Shown here: positions 51,031-58,976 of the stretch, in pieces | Numbering within the stretch: position 1 is the stretch's first letter | Layout of the letters: each line of letters opens with the position of its first letter | NCBI GenBank assembly: GCA_964520425.1 | Contig: CAZFMX010000002.1 | Coordinates: forward strand, 36,809-100,808 | Direction: 5' to 3' | Length of the DNA stretch: 64,000 nucleotides | Source: an uncultured Desulfobacteraceae bacterium | GTDB lineage: Bacteria > Desulfobacterota > DSM-4660 > Desulfatiglandales > HGW-15 | Notes under the pieces: generated by a model | The model's input: only the letters and a program-made list of their open reading frames with translations | What the model was told of the DNA's origin: nothing | The model's database searches: none | Position numbers and translations under genes: made by a program

Positions 51031-51936
51031 ATGGAACAAGAAATCATAGCTCTTATTCATGATAAAGGCCCTCTCACTGGTTCAGAGATAATGGAGTCTG
51101 TTGGCGGTGACGGCTTAATACTCTGGCGAACCTGCAGGCTCTCCAAGGACTTGGTGATTCGAATCGTTGGGACGAGGTATATGAGATTGGACCGCCGGAT
51201 CAAGGGTTTTGCCCGTCTTTCCCCTTCCATCTTAAGAGAATTCCTTACGTATTCGGTGATTGGTCTTGCCAACCAAGGCGACTCGCTGGATCAAAAAGCC
51301 CAAAGTGTCGCATCACACATTGAGACGATCAGCAAGGCAAAATCAGAGCTTGCCTACAGCATTGTCTCCACCCTGGTCGACAAACTGGGATCTGAAATCC
51401 CGATTCAGGAACAAGTCTGTTTCATCATCGGAGGGGATATCGTCTATAACATGGCCCACGACGTCCCCCGTCCCGAGCGTAGCACCGGAAAACTGGTCAA
51501 TGGTTCGGATATGGATCTGATTGTGGTGGTGGGGGACGACTTCCCGAAGGAATTAGTTGAAAGGATAGACGAAGCCATCTACAAAGAGAAACACAGGCTC
51601 TTGATCACTCCCCACTTGAGGGAGGAGATCGATTATATCGTAAAAGACCTGAACCGCATTAGAGAGCAAATCAAGTTTGACACCTTCAAACATATGGTCG
51701 CCTGTAAACTCCTTCATGAAGGGGCGTTTCTCTACGGCAGTGGGCAGGTCTTTCACAGGATCAGAGTCATACTGAAAGAGCATGGGGTCATACAAAAGCT
51801 GAATGCCCTGGAGGAAAAGGCCAAAGACTTCCGAAGACATTCAGAAAGCTTTCTCCTGCACGAGACCGGTCCGAAGATTCAGGGAGAGAGTCAATACCTC
51901 TTTTATCCCACCGAGGAGTCTGAAGAATTTGAATGA
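51031..51936 (+). CDS. Uncharacterised protein with Pol-beta-like nucleotidyltransferase motifs
   Basis: IGGD...GSDMDLIVVV and a later EIDYIV acidic motif; long clean ORF (opens at 50977, ATG at 51031). Confidence 0.65.
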   Translation: MEQEIIALIHDKGPLTGSEIMESVGGDGLILWRTCRLSKDLVIRIVGTRYMRLDRRIKGFARLSPSILREFLTYSVIGLANQGDSLDQKAQSVASHIETISKAKSELAYSIVSTLVDKLGSEIPIQEQVCFIIGGDIVYNMAHDVPRPERSTGKLVNGSDMDLIVVVGDDFPKELVERIDEAIYKEKHRLLITPHLREEIDYIVKDLNRIREQIKFDTFKHMVACKLLHEGAFLYGSGQVFHRIRVILKEHGVIQKLNALEEKAKDFRRHSESFLLHETGPKIQGESQYLFYPTEESEEFE

Positions 51937-52056
51937 GGGCTGAAAACGGAGGGAGACAGTCTGAAAGGACTTCGCAAGCCCCCTTTGCTTGCATGAAACC
52001 AGTGGCAATAGGGATGTTTAGAGGGGCTAATGAGCTAGGAACGTTCTGGCTGTCTC

Positions 52057-53430
52057 TCACCGTTTGACAAGCCGGCTCTGAATCCCCTTTGACGCCAGTT
52101 CAATATGCTCTTTTTCAGCGTCCTCCTTATAATAAAAAGCTCCGCTAAAAAGAAGAGATTCACCGTTATCTCCTTCAATTACATAGGGACAGTACCCCAA
52201 CTCTACAAGGGATAGGTTCTTTTCTGTGAGTTCTTCATCCGAACTGAAAAGGCCTATGAGGTTAGCATAAAGGACATACCTGGATCTCCCCTCAGTTATC
52301 TGATTTTTCTCGATAAATGCGTTTACTTCGTCTTTTGTCTGGAAATACCCGGCCAAGACCCTGTACCATACACCCTTCTCCCCAAGATCGACTCTCACCC
52401 AATATGGAGACAATCCCTTCTTTTTAAAAATGGAAATGGCTTCCTGAATGCGATCTATGTTTTTATAGGAGCCCAAATAGATGGAATAAGGATATGATTT
52501 TCTTTCATCCCTCTGAAACATCTCGGTCTTTGCCGCCTCGTCACTATGAGTCGACCTGGAATGTTGAGGATTTGCAGGAGAAACCTCCTGTTTTGCGGTG
52601 ACAATGGTTTCTTTGGGTGTCTCAGAAACAGGGTTATCGGGCTTTTTGGGGGTCGACCCTTCAATCATCCCCTTTTCCGGTCCGATTGGCGGTGGTTCAG
52701 GAGTTTTGTTCTCATTATCCAGTTTTACGGTCTCAACTGCCGCTGCCGAGGTCGTTGGGATGGTGACATCCTGCTTCACAGGGGCAGGATTCTCAATCAT
52801 TTCGTTTTTCGCCAACGCGATCGCCTGATCGTCATCAAATAGGTATAATGGCGCTAAACGAGTTCCCAAAAAGGTCAAAAGAACGCCCATAACAAAAGGC
52901 AATCCAATATTTAAGGTCGTCAAACTAAAAATGGACCTTCTTTGAGGATGGCTACTCACCTCTTGGGGGAGAACAAAACCTTCAGAAACAGCAGGGCTTT
53001 CTCTTTTCACAACATGGCTTTGGGAAATCCTTTTATCCCTGTTTCTCTGAATGGCAGGTACTGACCTTTTTACAGAGACACTCTTTTGAGGTTTCTCTTG
53101 TACATGGGCTTTGATCCTGGAACTCTTTATAGTGGTGTTCCCGGACACAGCAGGCTTCCTGACTTGAGTCTTCCTTTTTTTTGTCCTGGCCTCTATTTCG
53201 GAATTAAAAGGCCGCATCTGCCTCCCTCGATGATTTATTGGTATCCGCTTTTGAGCGTTTTTCATCGGTCTGACGGCTGCGCTACTCTCGCTTGTTGCTG
53301 ATTTAGGGCGTGTTTTCTCTTTGACGCGCCTAATCTTGGATTCCTTTGATTCTTCAAACAGGCTTGCCAGCAGTTCTATCGTATTAGGAGACCCCTTGCT
53401 CTCTTCATGGGCATTATCAATGTTGTTCAT
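52057..53430 (-). CDS. Single-TM protein with two C-terminal SPOR-like domains
   Basis: Basic low-complexity N-terminus, TM LNIGLPFVMGVLLTFLG, YSIYLGSYKN..YWVRVDLGEKGVWYRVLAG and YANLIG repeats. Start at ATG 53430 after an AAGGA SD. Confidence 0.82.
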   Translation of the reverse strand: MNNIDNAHEESKGSPNTIELLASLFEESKESKIRRVKEKTRPKSATSESSAAVRPMKNAQKRIPINHRGRQMRPFNSEIEARTKKRKTQVRKPAVSGNTTIKSSRIKAHVQEKPQKSVSVKRSVPAIQRNRDKRISQSHVVKRESPAVSEGFVLPQEVSSHPQRRSIFSLTTLNIGLPFVMGVLLTFLGTRLAPLYLFDDDQAIALAKNEMIENPAPVKQDVTIPTTSAAAVETVKLDNENKTPEPPPIGPEKGMIEGSTPKKPDNPVSETPKETIVTAKQEVSPANPQHSRSTHSDEAAKTEMFQRDERKSYPYSIYLGSYKNIDRIQEAISIFKKKGLSPYWVRVDLGEKGVWYRVLAGYFQTKDEVNAFIEKNQITEGRSRYVLYANLIGLFSSDEELTEKNLSLVELGYCPYVIEGDNGESLLFSGAFYYKEDAEKEHIELASKGIQSRLVKR

Positions 53431-53455
53431 TCGGTTATCCTTCTTTTCAAGAATG

Positions 53456-53740
53456 TCATAAACAAAGACCCGATTGCTGCTGTTTCTCATCGAATTGCCT
53501 GTGGGTGATCCTTCGTTCAAAGCGGTGGCCGCTCCTCAGATCAGAAAAATTTCTGTTATATAACGCTTTTCTCCGATCCTTGCCATTTCTCCGGTCCCGG
53601 CTTAACCCATAGTCTTTTCCAAGCCTTCTCTCTGGAATATGATTTGAATAGGCAAAACGCCTGCGATCTTGTCCTGAACGTCTGCCGCCATTATCCGTGT
53701 GAAATGATCTTAACATTCCGATATTTTTATACATAACCAT
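53456..53740 (-). CDS. Small Arg-rich protein with (D/E)RR repeats
   Basis: RRSGQDRRR, ERRLGKD, DRRNGKDRRK, ERR; AGAGG SD. Confidence 0.7.
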   Translation of the reverse strand: MVMYKNIGMLRSFHTDNGGRRSGQDRRRFAYSNHIPERRLGKDYGLSRDRRNGKDRRKALYNRNFSDLRSGHRFERRITHRQFDEKQQQSGLCL

Positions 53741-53785
53741 ATACCTCTTTCCGTATACTACTGACGGGCATCGTCGATAAGATGC

Positions 53786-53965
53786 CTATTGTATCACTCC
53801 CCAAGAACTCATTTTTTTGTTGTTATAGATATCTTCCTTATAAATCTGGAGCCACGATCTTCTTTCACCCATGAAAACACTTCGCAGCTTTCTCAGTGAT
53901 ATCTTGACCTTCTTCCTTTCTCCGGAACAGTCCGGGAATGAATTCCGACATTCTGTTTCCGACAT
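53786..53965 (-). CDS. Possible small basic protein (degenerate ERR-type)
   Basis: ORF open from 54025; best SD (AGAGG) precedes ATG 53965; contains SGERKK and GERRS. Confidence 0.4.
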   Translation of the reverse strand: MSETECRNSFPDCSGERKKVKISLRKLRSVFMGERRSWLQIYKEDIYNNKKMSSWGVIQ

Positions 53966-54061
53966 TCTTCCTCTTTTAGGATCCGCTATGATCTTCATGG
54001 CTTTCATCTTATTGATCTTTGTCACAAAGTAAAATGTTGCTGCCCTTCTGACTCATCTACC

Positions 54062-54077
54062 AGCAAGCAGTGTGCCA
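54062..54077 (-). promoter_or_regulatory. Sigma54 (-24/-12) promoter
   Basis: Minus strand TGGCACA-ctgc-TTGCT, an essentially perfect consensus. IHF-like TTTCAA-ccag-TTA at 54117-54129; palindrome ATGAAATTTCAT at 54188-54199. Confidence 0.8.
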
Positions 54078-54273
54078 AGAAGGGCGGATGAGAGATAAAT
54101 CGATTTATAGATATAATTTCAACCAGTTATACAACAAGCAGAAATGCGTGACAGGACTGTAAAGAAAAAGCTTCCCTTAGAAAGGAAATGAAATTTCATA
54201 TACTGGTAAGAATTTACTCAGATTTCGGGGTAGAAAAACGAAAAGAGGAGGCAGGAGAACCAAAACGGTTCTC

Positions 54274-57200
54274 TTATCTTTCAACGAGTTGGCTCTTGAT
54301 TCCCTTTGTATTCAAATCAAGCTGCGCTTTCTCTGCATCGGCCTTTTGATAAAACGCCCCCGTGAAGAGGTGAGATTTGCCATCAGATGCCTCAATGACA
54401 TATGGACTGAATTCCAGATTCAAAAGAGAAAGGCGCATCCGGTCAAGTTCCTCTTCCGAACTGTAGGTTCCTATGAGATTGGCATAGGTTGTGCGCCTGG
54501 ACTCTCCATCCGCTATTTGATAGTTATTGATGAATGTCTCGGCCTGGTCCTTGGTTTGGAAACAGCCGATATAGACCCTGTACCATATCCCTTTCTCTCC
54601 AAGGTCGGTCTTCACCCAGTAAGAAGCCCCCTTTGTTTTCAATTCGGAAGCCGCTTTCCGGGCACGATCAAGGTTTTTGTAGGAGCCGACATAGACAGAA
54701 TATGGATAGGAGAATTCAGGGGCAGCCTCAGGTATAACCCCTTGTTTCTTATGGGTTTTCACTTGAGGCGCAACATTCTTGACCGAACCCGAACCTACCA
54801 ATGCACCCGGTTCTATCTTCCGGACTTCGGCATCTACAAGCTGCCGCTCTTTGACGTATTCCTCTGCCTCGCTCCTGGTTTCGAATTGTCCTGTAAAGAC
54901 CCTGTACCATATTCCCTTGTCTCCCAGATCCACTTCTTGCCAATAGAGAGATGACAGGCCGTTCTCGTTATATTTGGAAATGGCCTTTTCTGTACTTTTA
55001 AGGGTGCTATAAGAGCCAAGGTATACCGAAAAGGGATGAGATATCGATGTCTTTATCTGATTTGACTCAGCTTTTACAGAAGCGTCACCGGGCGGAGGGG
55101 GGGTTGCGGGTTCAGGGGGTTGGGGCTGGACTTCTAGGTCAGTAGTGATAAGGGTTCTCTTCGGTGTCGTGGAGGTCGTGTTCTGATCTAGAGGAGAAGA
55201 TCCCTCAACACTCTCTTTCATCGCCAGGATGGTTGGAGGTTCAGAGGTCGAAGGTTTTACCTCCGGGATAACGGCCTTAACGGTCTCCTTCTGAGTCTCA
55301 GGACCTGCATTTCGCTTCCTGGGAACATGAGCACGAACGATTTCCTTCTCTACTGAAGCAGGAGTGGAAGGTTGAATTCCTTGTCTTGTAACTGGGGACT
55401 TCTCTCTCAAAGTCTTAGGGGTAACTCCCTGCTTCTTGGGAGAAGAGACCTCAACAGACTTGTCACTCATCAGCTTCTGCGCTTGCTCATGCTTGAAGAA
55501 ATCAAGGGGTGAATATCGGATACCCAAAATGATTGCCAGAATTCCAAATAGGATAAGGGGCAGCCCAATTCTTATGACCTTTGAGCGGTGTCCGGATCTC
55601 CTTATAAGCTGGAGATCCTCCTCAGTAAGTGCAACACCTTCCTCCAGGTCCGCGGGTTCCTCTTTCTCAGGTTTTACGGATTCAGAAACCCTCTCAAATT
55701 CATCCTCTCCCTCTGGCACGGATCCTTCTTCAGCTTCTGGTTTATGATGATGCTCCTCCTCATCCGTGCTGACTTTAGAATCCTCGGAGGACATTAAACT
55801 GGGCATGAGTATTTCTTTTAATCGAGGCTCTTCCTTTGCCGGCTCTGATGAGTCCGAAAGAGGCTCTATCTCCATGCCAACCGCCTCAGAAGTCCTTTCT
55901 ATATCTTCCTTCTTGTCTTCAAGTATCGGCCTCTCCTTGTCTTCTAGTATATGATGGACTTCAAACACATTTGCCTCGATCCCGGAAGTCTTGGAGAGTA
56001 TCGGTGTAAATGCGGCAGGTTTCTCTTGGGATAGGGTCTTCTCCTTCGTCATCTCGGCATTCGCAGAATCTGAAGGCTGCTCCTCTACAAAATCGATGGA
56101 TTGAGGAGCTTCCTCAACATCTTCTTTCCTGTCTTCTGGTATTGACTCCTCTTCATATTCAAATGTGGATTCAGGATATATTTCTTGCTTGCTTGCTTCA
56201 GGCAAGGAGTCCTCTATGATTATTGCACTGGGGGCTGCAGGTTTCTCTTGAAATAGAGGGCCTTCTTCTGCTGCTCCATCAATCCCTTCAATATCTGCAG
56301 AAACCTCTTCCTTTAGATCGTCGCTGTCAAGGGCTATTCCAACATCGACCTCTTCTTCCTCAGATGCCGAGCTTTCCCCAGCGGATGCTTTTTCGTCTCC
56401 TTGTTTTTCACTCCCTTCAAGCGCGGAAATCATCGTACTGAGAGCGGATTTCTCCAAAAGCTCCGTGATCTCCCCATCCGCCCCGGTGATGCTCTCAATA
56501 TCTGAGGAAGTCTCTTCCCTGGAATCATCACTATCAAAAAAAATCTCAATACCGGTATCCTCTTCCTCAGGTACCGGACTCTCCTCAGCCGATGCTTTCT
56601 TGTCTCCTTTCTTCCCACTCACTTCGAGTTCAGAAATCATGGAATCAAGTGTGGTTTTTTGCAGAACCTCCGTGATATCCTCATCCGCCCCGGTAATGCT
56701 CTCGATATCTGAGGAAGTCTCTTCCCTGGAATCATCACTATCAAAAAATATCTCAACACCGGCATCCTCTTCCTCAGGTACCGGACTCTCCTCAGCCGAT
56801 GCTTTACCGTCTCCTTTCTTCCCACTCATTTCGAGTTCAGAAATCATGGAATCAAGTGTGGTTTTTTGTAGAACCTCCGTGATATCCTCATCCGCCCCGG
56901 TAATGCTCTCGATATCTGAGGAAGTCTCTTCCCTGGAATCATCACTATCAAAAAATATCTCAACACCGGCATCCTCTTCCTCAGGTACCGGACTCTCCTC
57001 AGCCGATGCTTTACCGTCTCCTTTCTTCCCACTCATTTCGAGCTCGGAAATCATGGAATCAAGTGTGGTTTTTCCCATGATCTCTGTGATTTCCTCGTCT
57101 GTTCCGGGAATTACCTCAATGTCCGCAGGAGGCCTGCTCCGGTCATCCTCCTTAGAAGTTTTCTCGCCACCATCTTTTTTTATCTTGAGTCGATACCTTT

Positions 57201-57795
57201 CCTCAGGTGACAGTTCGTGATAGCGGGTATTTCTGCTCCCTTTGATTCCTGCAGCCATGGAGATCATGGAATTAAGAACAGACTGATTCAGGGATTCGGT
57301 CCTCTCATCACCCGATCCGGTGATTGTCTTGGAAGGGGGGGGCTCATTCTTTGGGCCACCAGGTCTAACAATCCTCTTACCGCCACTCTCACTGGGTTTG
57401 AAACCCGGTTTGGACCCAGCCGCTGATTTACGGCGTAACTTCTGACGTCTTTGTTCAATCCTGGAGTCCTTTTGAGCTACTGAACCGGGCAGGGGTCTTT
57501 TCGGGGGAAGGGTTTTGCTCTGGGTTGCTCCGGTACTCTTTACTGATGGCGAAGGACGCCTCAGTTTCTGGGAAGTAGTCTGGGAAGTTGCCTTACCCTG
57601 ATCTCTTCTCTCTCTCGATACGACCCTCTTCTTCACCACCGACTTGGGGCGGATTCTCCGGCGGACTACCTTAATTTCGGAGCTCTTTGTATCCTTGAAA
57701 AGGCTTTCCAACAACGACGCAGTGTCGTCGCCAGGATCGTATCTTCCCTCAGAGTCATCCTTCTTATCGTTCATTTGCTTCTCTGTAGTTGGCAA
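54274..57795 (-). CDS. Large single-TM protein with acidic tandem repeats and three C-terminal SPOR-like domains
   Basis: Basic N-terminus, acidic 69-aa repeats, TM IGLPLILFGILAIILG preceded by RRSGHRSK, and three SPOR-like units (FSVYLGSY, YSVYVGSY, YANLIGTY). Confidence 0.85.
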   Translation of the reverse strand: MPTTEKQMNDKKDDSEGRYDPGDDTASLLESLFKDTKSSEIKVVRRRIRPKSVVKKRVVSRERRDQGKATSQTTSQKLRRPSPSVKSTGATQSKTLPPKRPLPGSVAQKDSRIEQRRQKLRRKSAAGSKPGFKPSESGGKRIVRPGGPKNEPPPSKTITGSGDERTESLNQSVLNSMISMAAGIKGSRNTRYHELSPEERYRLKIKKDGGEKTSKEDDRSRPPADIEVIPGTDEEITEIMGKTTLDSMISELEMSGKKGDGKASAEESPVPEEEDAGVEIFFDSDDSREETSSDIESITGADEDITEVLQKTTLDSMISELEMSGKKGDGKASAEESPVPEEEDAGVEIFFDSDDSREETSSDIESITGADEDITEVLQKTTLDSMISELEVSGKKGDKKASAEESPVPEEEDTGIEIFFDSDDSREETSSDIESITGADGEITELLEKSALSTMISALEGSEKQGDEKASAGESSASEEEEVDVGIALDSDDLKEEVSADIEGIDGAAEEGPLFQEKPAAPSAIIIEDSLPEASKQEIYPESTFEYEEESIPEDRKEDVEEAPQSIDFVEEQPSDSANAEMTKEKTLSQEKPAAFTPILSKTSGIEANVFEVHHILEDKERPILEDKKEDIERTSEAVGMEIEPLSDSSEPAKEEPRLKEILMPSLMSSEDSKVSTDEEEHHHKPEAEEGSVPEGEDEFERVSESVKPEKEEPADLEEGVALTEEDLQLIRRSGHRSKVIRIGLPLILFGILAIILGIRYSPLDFFKHEQAQKLMSDKSVEVSSPKKQGVTPKTLREKSPVTRQGIQPSTPASVEKEIVRAHVPRKRNAGPETQKETVKAVIPEVKPSTSEPPTILAMKESVEGSSPLDQNTTSTTPKRTLITTDLEVQPQPPEPATPPPPGDASVKAESNQIKTSISHPFSVYLGSYSTLKSTEKAISKYNENGLSSLYWQEVDLGDKGIWYRVFTGQFETRSEAEEYVKERQLVDAEVRKIEPGALVGSGSVKNVAPQVKTHKKQGVIPEAAPEFSYPYSVYVGSYKNLDRARKAASELKTKGASYWVKTDLGEKGIWYRVYIGCFQTKDQAETFINNYQIADGESRRTTYANLIGTYSSEEELDRMRLSLLNLEFSPYVIEASDGKSHLFTGAFYQKADAEKAQLDLNTKGIKSQLVER
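56270..57126 (-). repeat. Intragenic 207-bp (69-aa) tandem repeat, about 4 copies
   Basis: Units 56863-57069, 56656-56862 and 56449-56655 are nearly identical; a diverged fourth unit lies below and a partial unit above. Shadow ORFs recur at exactly 207-bp spacing (56618/56825/57032). Confidence 0.95.
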
Positions 57796-57857
57796 GGAAG
57801 TGACTGCACTCTACTTTAAAAACGCAACGAGCGCTAATCCCGGTTCTTAGGAGGTAC

Positions 57858-58553
57858 TCAGACTGCCTTGAAATCCTTGAGGGGTTCATCAAACTCAATA
57901 CCGACCACATGAATATCTTCACCATCCATGCTGCGTTTGGTTTTATGTCTCGCAGTCCCCTTTACCTTGACGATAGTGTAGGCACCGTAAAGCGTGATAT
58001 CTCTAAGCTTGTCTCCCACTTCTATCATATCAAGAATGTCCATATATTTATCCCGCACCAAAATTCCAAGCCCATATGCCGTGCAATCAAAAATCTCCAG
58101 TTCATAGGTCCTGTCTTTTCGGGATTCGTCTTTTACTTTCACGACGACACTAACGAAATCCGGTATTTCATCACCTCTTCGGTCTCGTCTTCGTTTTTCT
58201 CTGATGTCTATGGATTCCGGAAAACTGGCGACAAAGCCTTCGTCCGTTTCTTCACCAGGAACACTCAGACATCGCGTGTTAAAGCGGCAAGAGGTCTCTC
58301 TTAGTGAAAATAGGGCCATCATACGTGAGCCTGACTGACAAAGGGCATTTCCTTCCTCGGGGCTCAGCCTTTCAAAAACTAGGGTGGATTCTCCTTCAGT
58401 GCCTGAAGATGTGTCTCCGTAATTGACCTCCGCAATCCTTGAAACAAATGGTTGCTCATGCCCTTCAATCTTAATGGTGATTTCTGTTTTACGGGCGATT
58501 AGGTATTCAATGGTCCCTATGATCTTTTGTCTGGCGTCTGAGGATTGAGACAT
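57858..58553 (-). CDS. PilZ-domain protein (YcgR-like two-domain layout)
   Basis: REKRRRDRR (RxxxR) followed by DCTAYGLG (D-x-S/T-x-x-G) and C-terminal VGIEF. Confidence 0.75.
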   Translation of the reverse strand: MSQSSDARQKIIGTIEYLIARKTEITIKIEGHEQPFVSRIAEVNYGDTSSGTEGESTLVFERLSPEEGNALCQSGSRMMALFSLRETSCRFNTRCLSVPGEETDEGFVASFPESIDIREKRRRDRRGDEIPDFVSVVVKVKDESRKDRTYELEIFDCTAYGLGILVRDKYMDILDMIEVGDKLRDITLYGAYTIVKVKGTARHKTKRSMDGEDIHVVGIEFDEPLKDFKAV

Positions 58554-58976
58554 GAACACTTATGTAGGGGGAACCGACAGTATCTTACAATCCCGTACCT
58601 CTTCACGAAGAATGAAGTACTGTTTTTTCTCCCCCTCCATCTCCTTCTTCCTTAATAGTTCAATACTAAAGACATTTCAACGAATTGCTGGTAATAACTA
58701 AAAGGCCTGAAAAGACTCAAACAAAGCCACTCCTCAACACCAGGCCAGACTTCTGTGTGAGGGCTCAAAACTTACGCAATCAAAAATCCTCGTCTATTAC
58801 TATCCCTTTATCACGCTAAATTAAGAAAAGCTTGAAGAACAAAGACTATCATATCGGTGCATTTCACCAACTCATCATATTCCGAATACCAATATATGAT
58901 AATACAATAACTAGGAATATTCGTCAAGAATGTTCAGTGGTTATTTGTATTTCAGAGGGATTCCCGAGGCGTCTCT

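Noticed and set aside
54289-54954. 221-aa plus ORF
   Set aside because: Antisense shadow of the SPOR domains.
56430-57220. Repeating 62-aa alternate-frame ORFs, a 251-aa antisense ORF, and a possible CRISPR-like periodicity
   Set aside because: All arise from the 207-bp coding tandem repeat; there are no short repeats with unique spacers and no cas genes.
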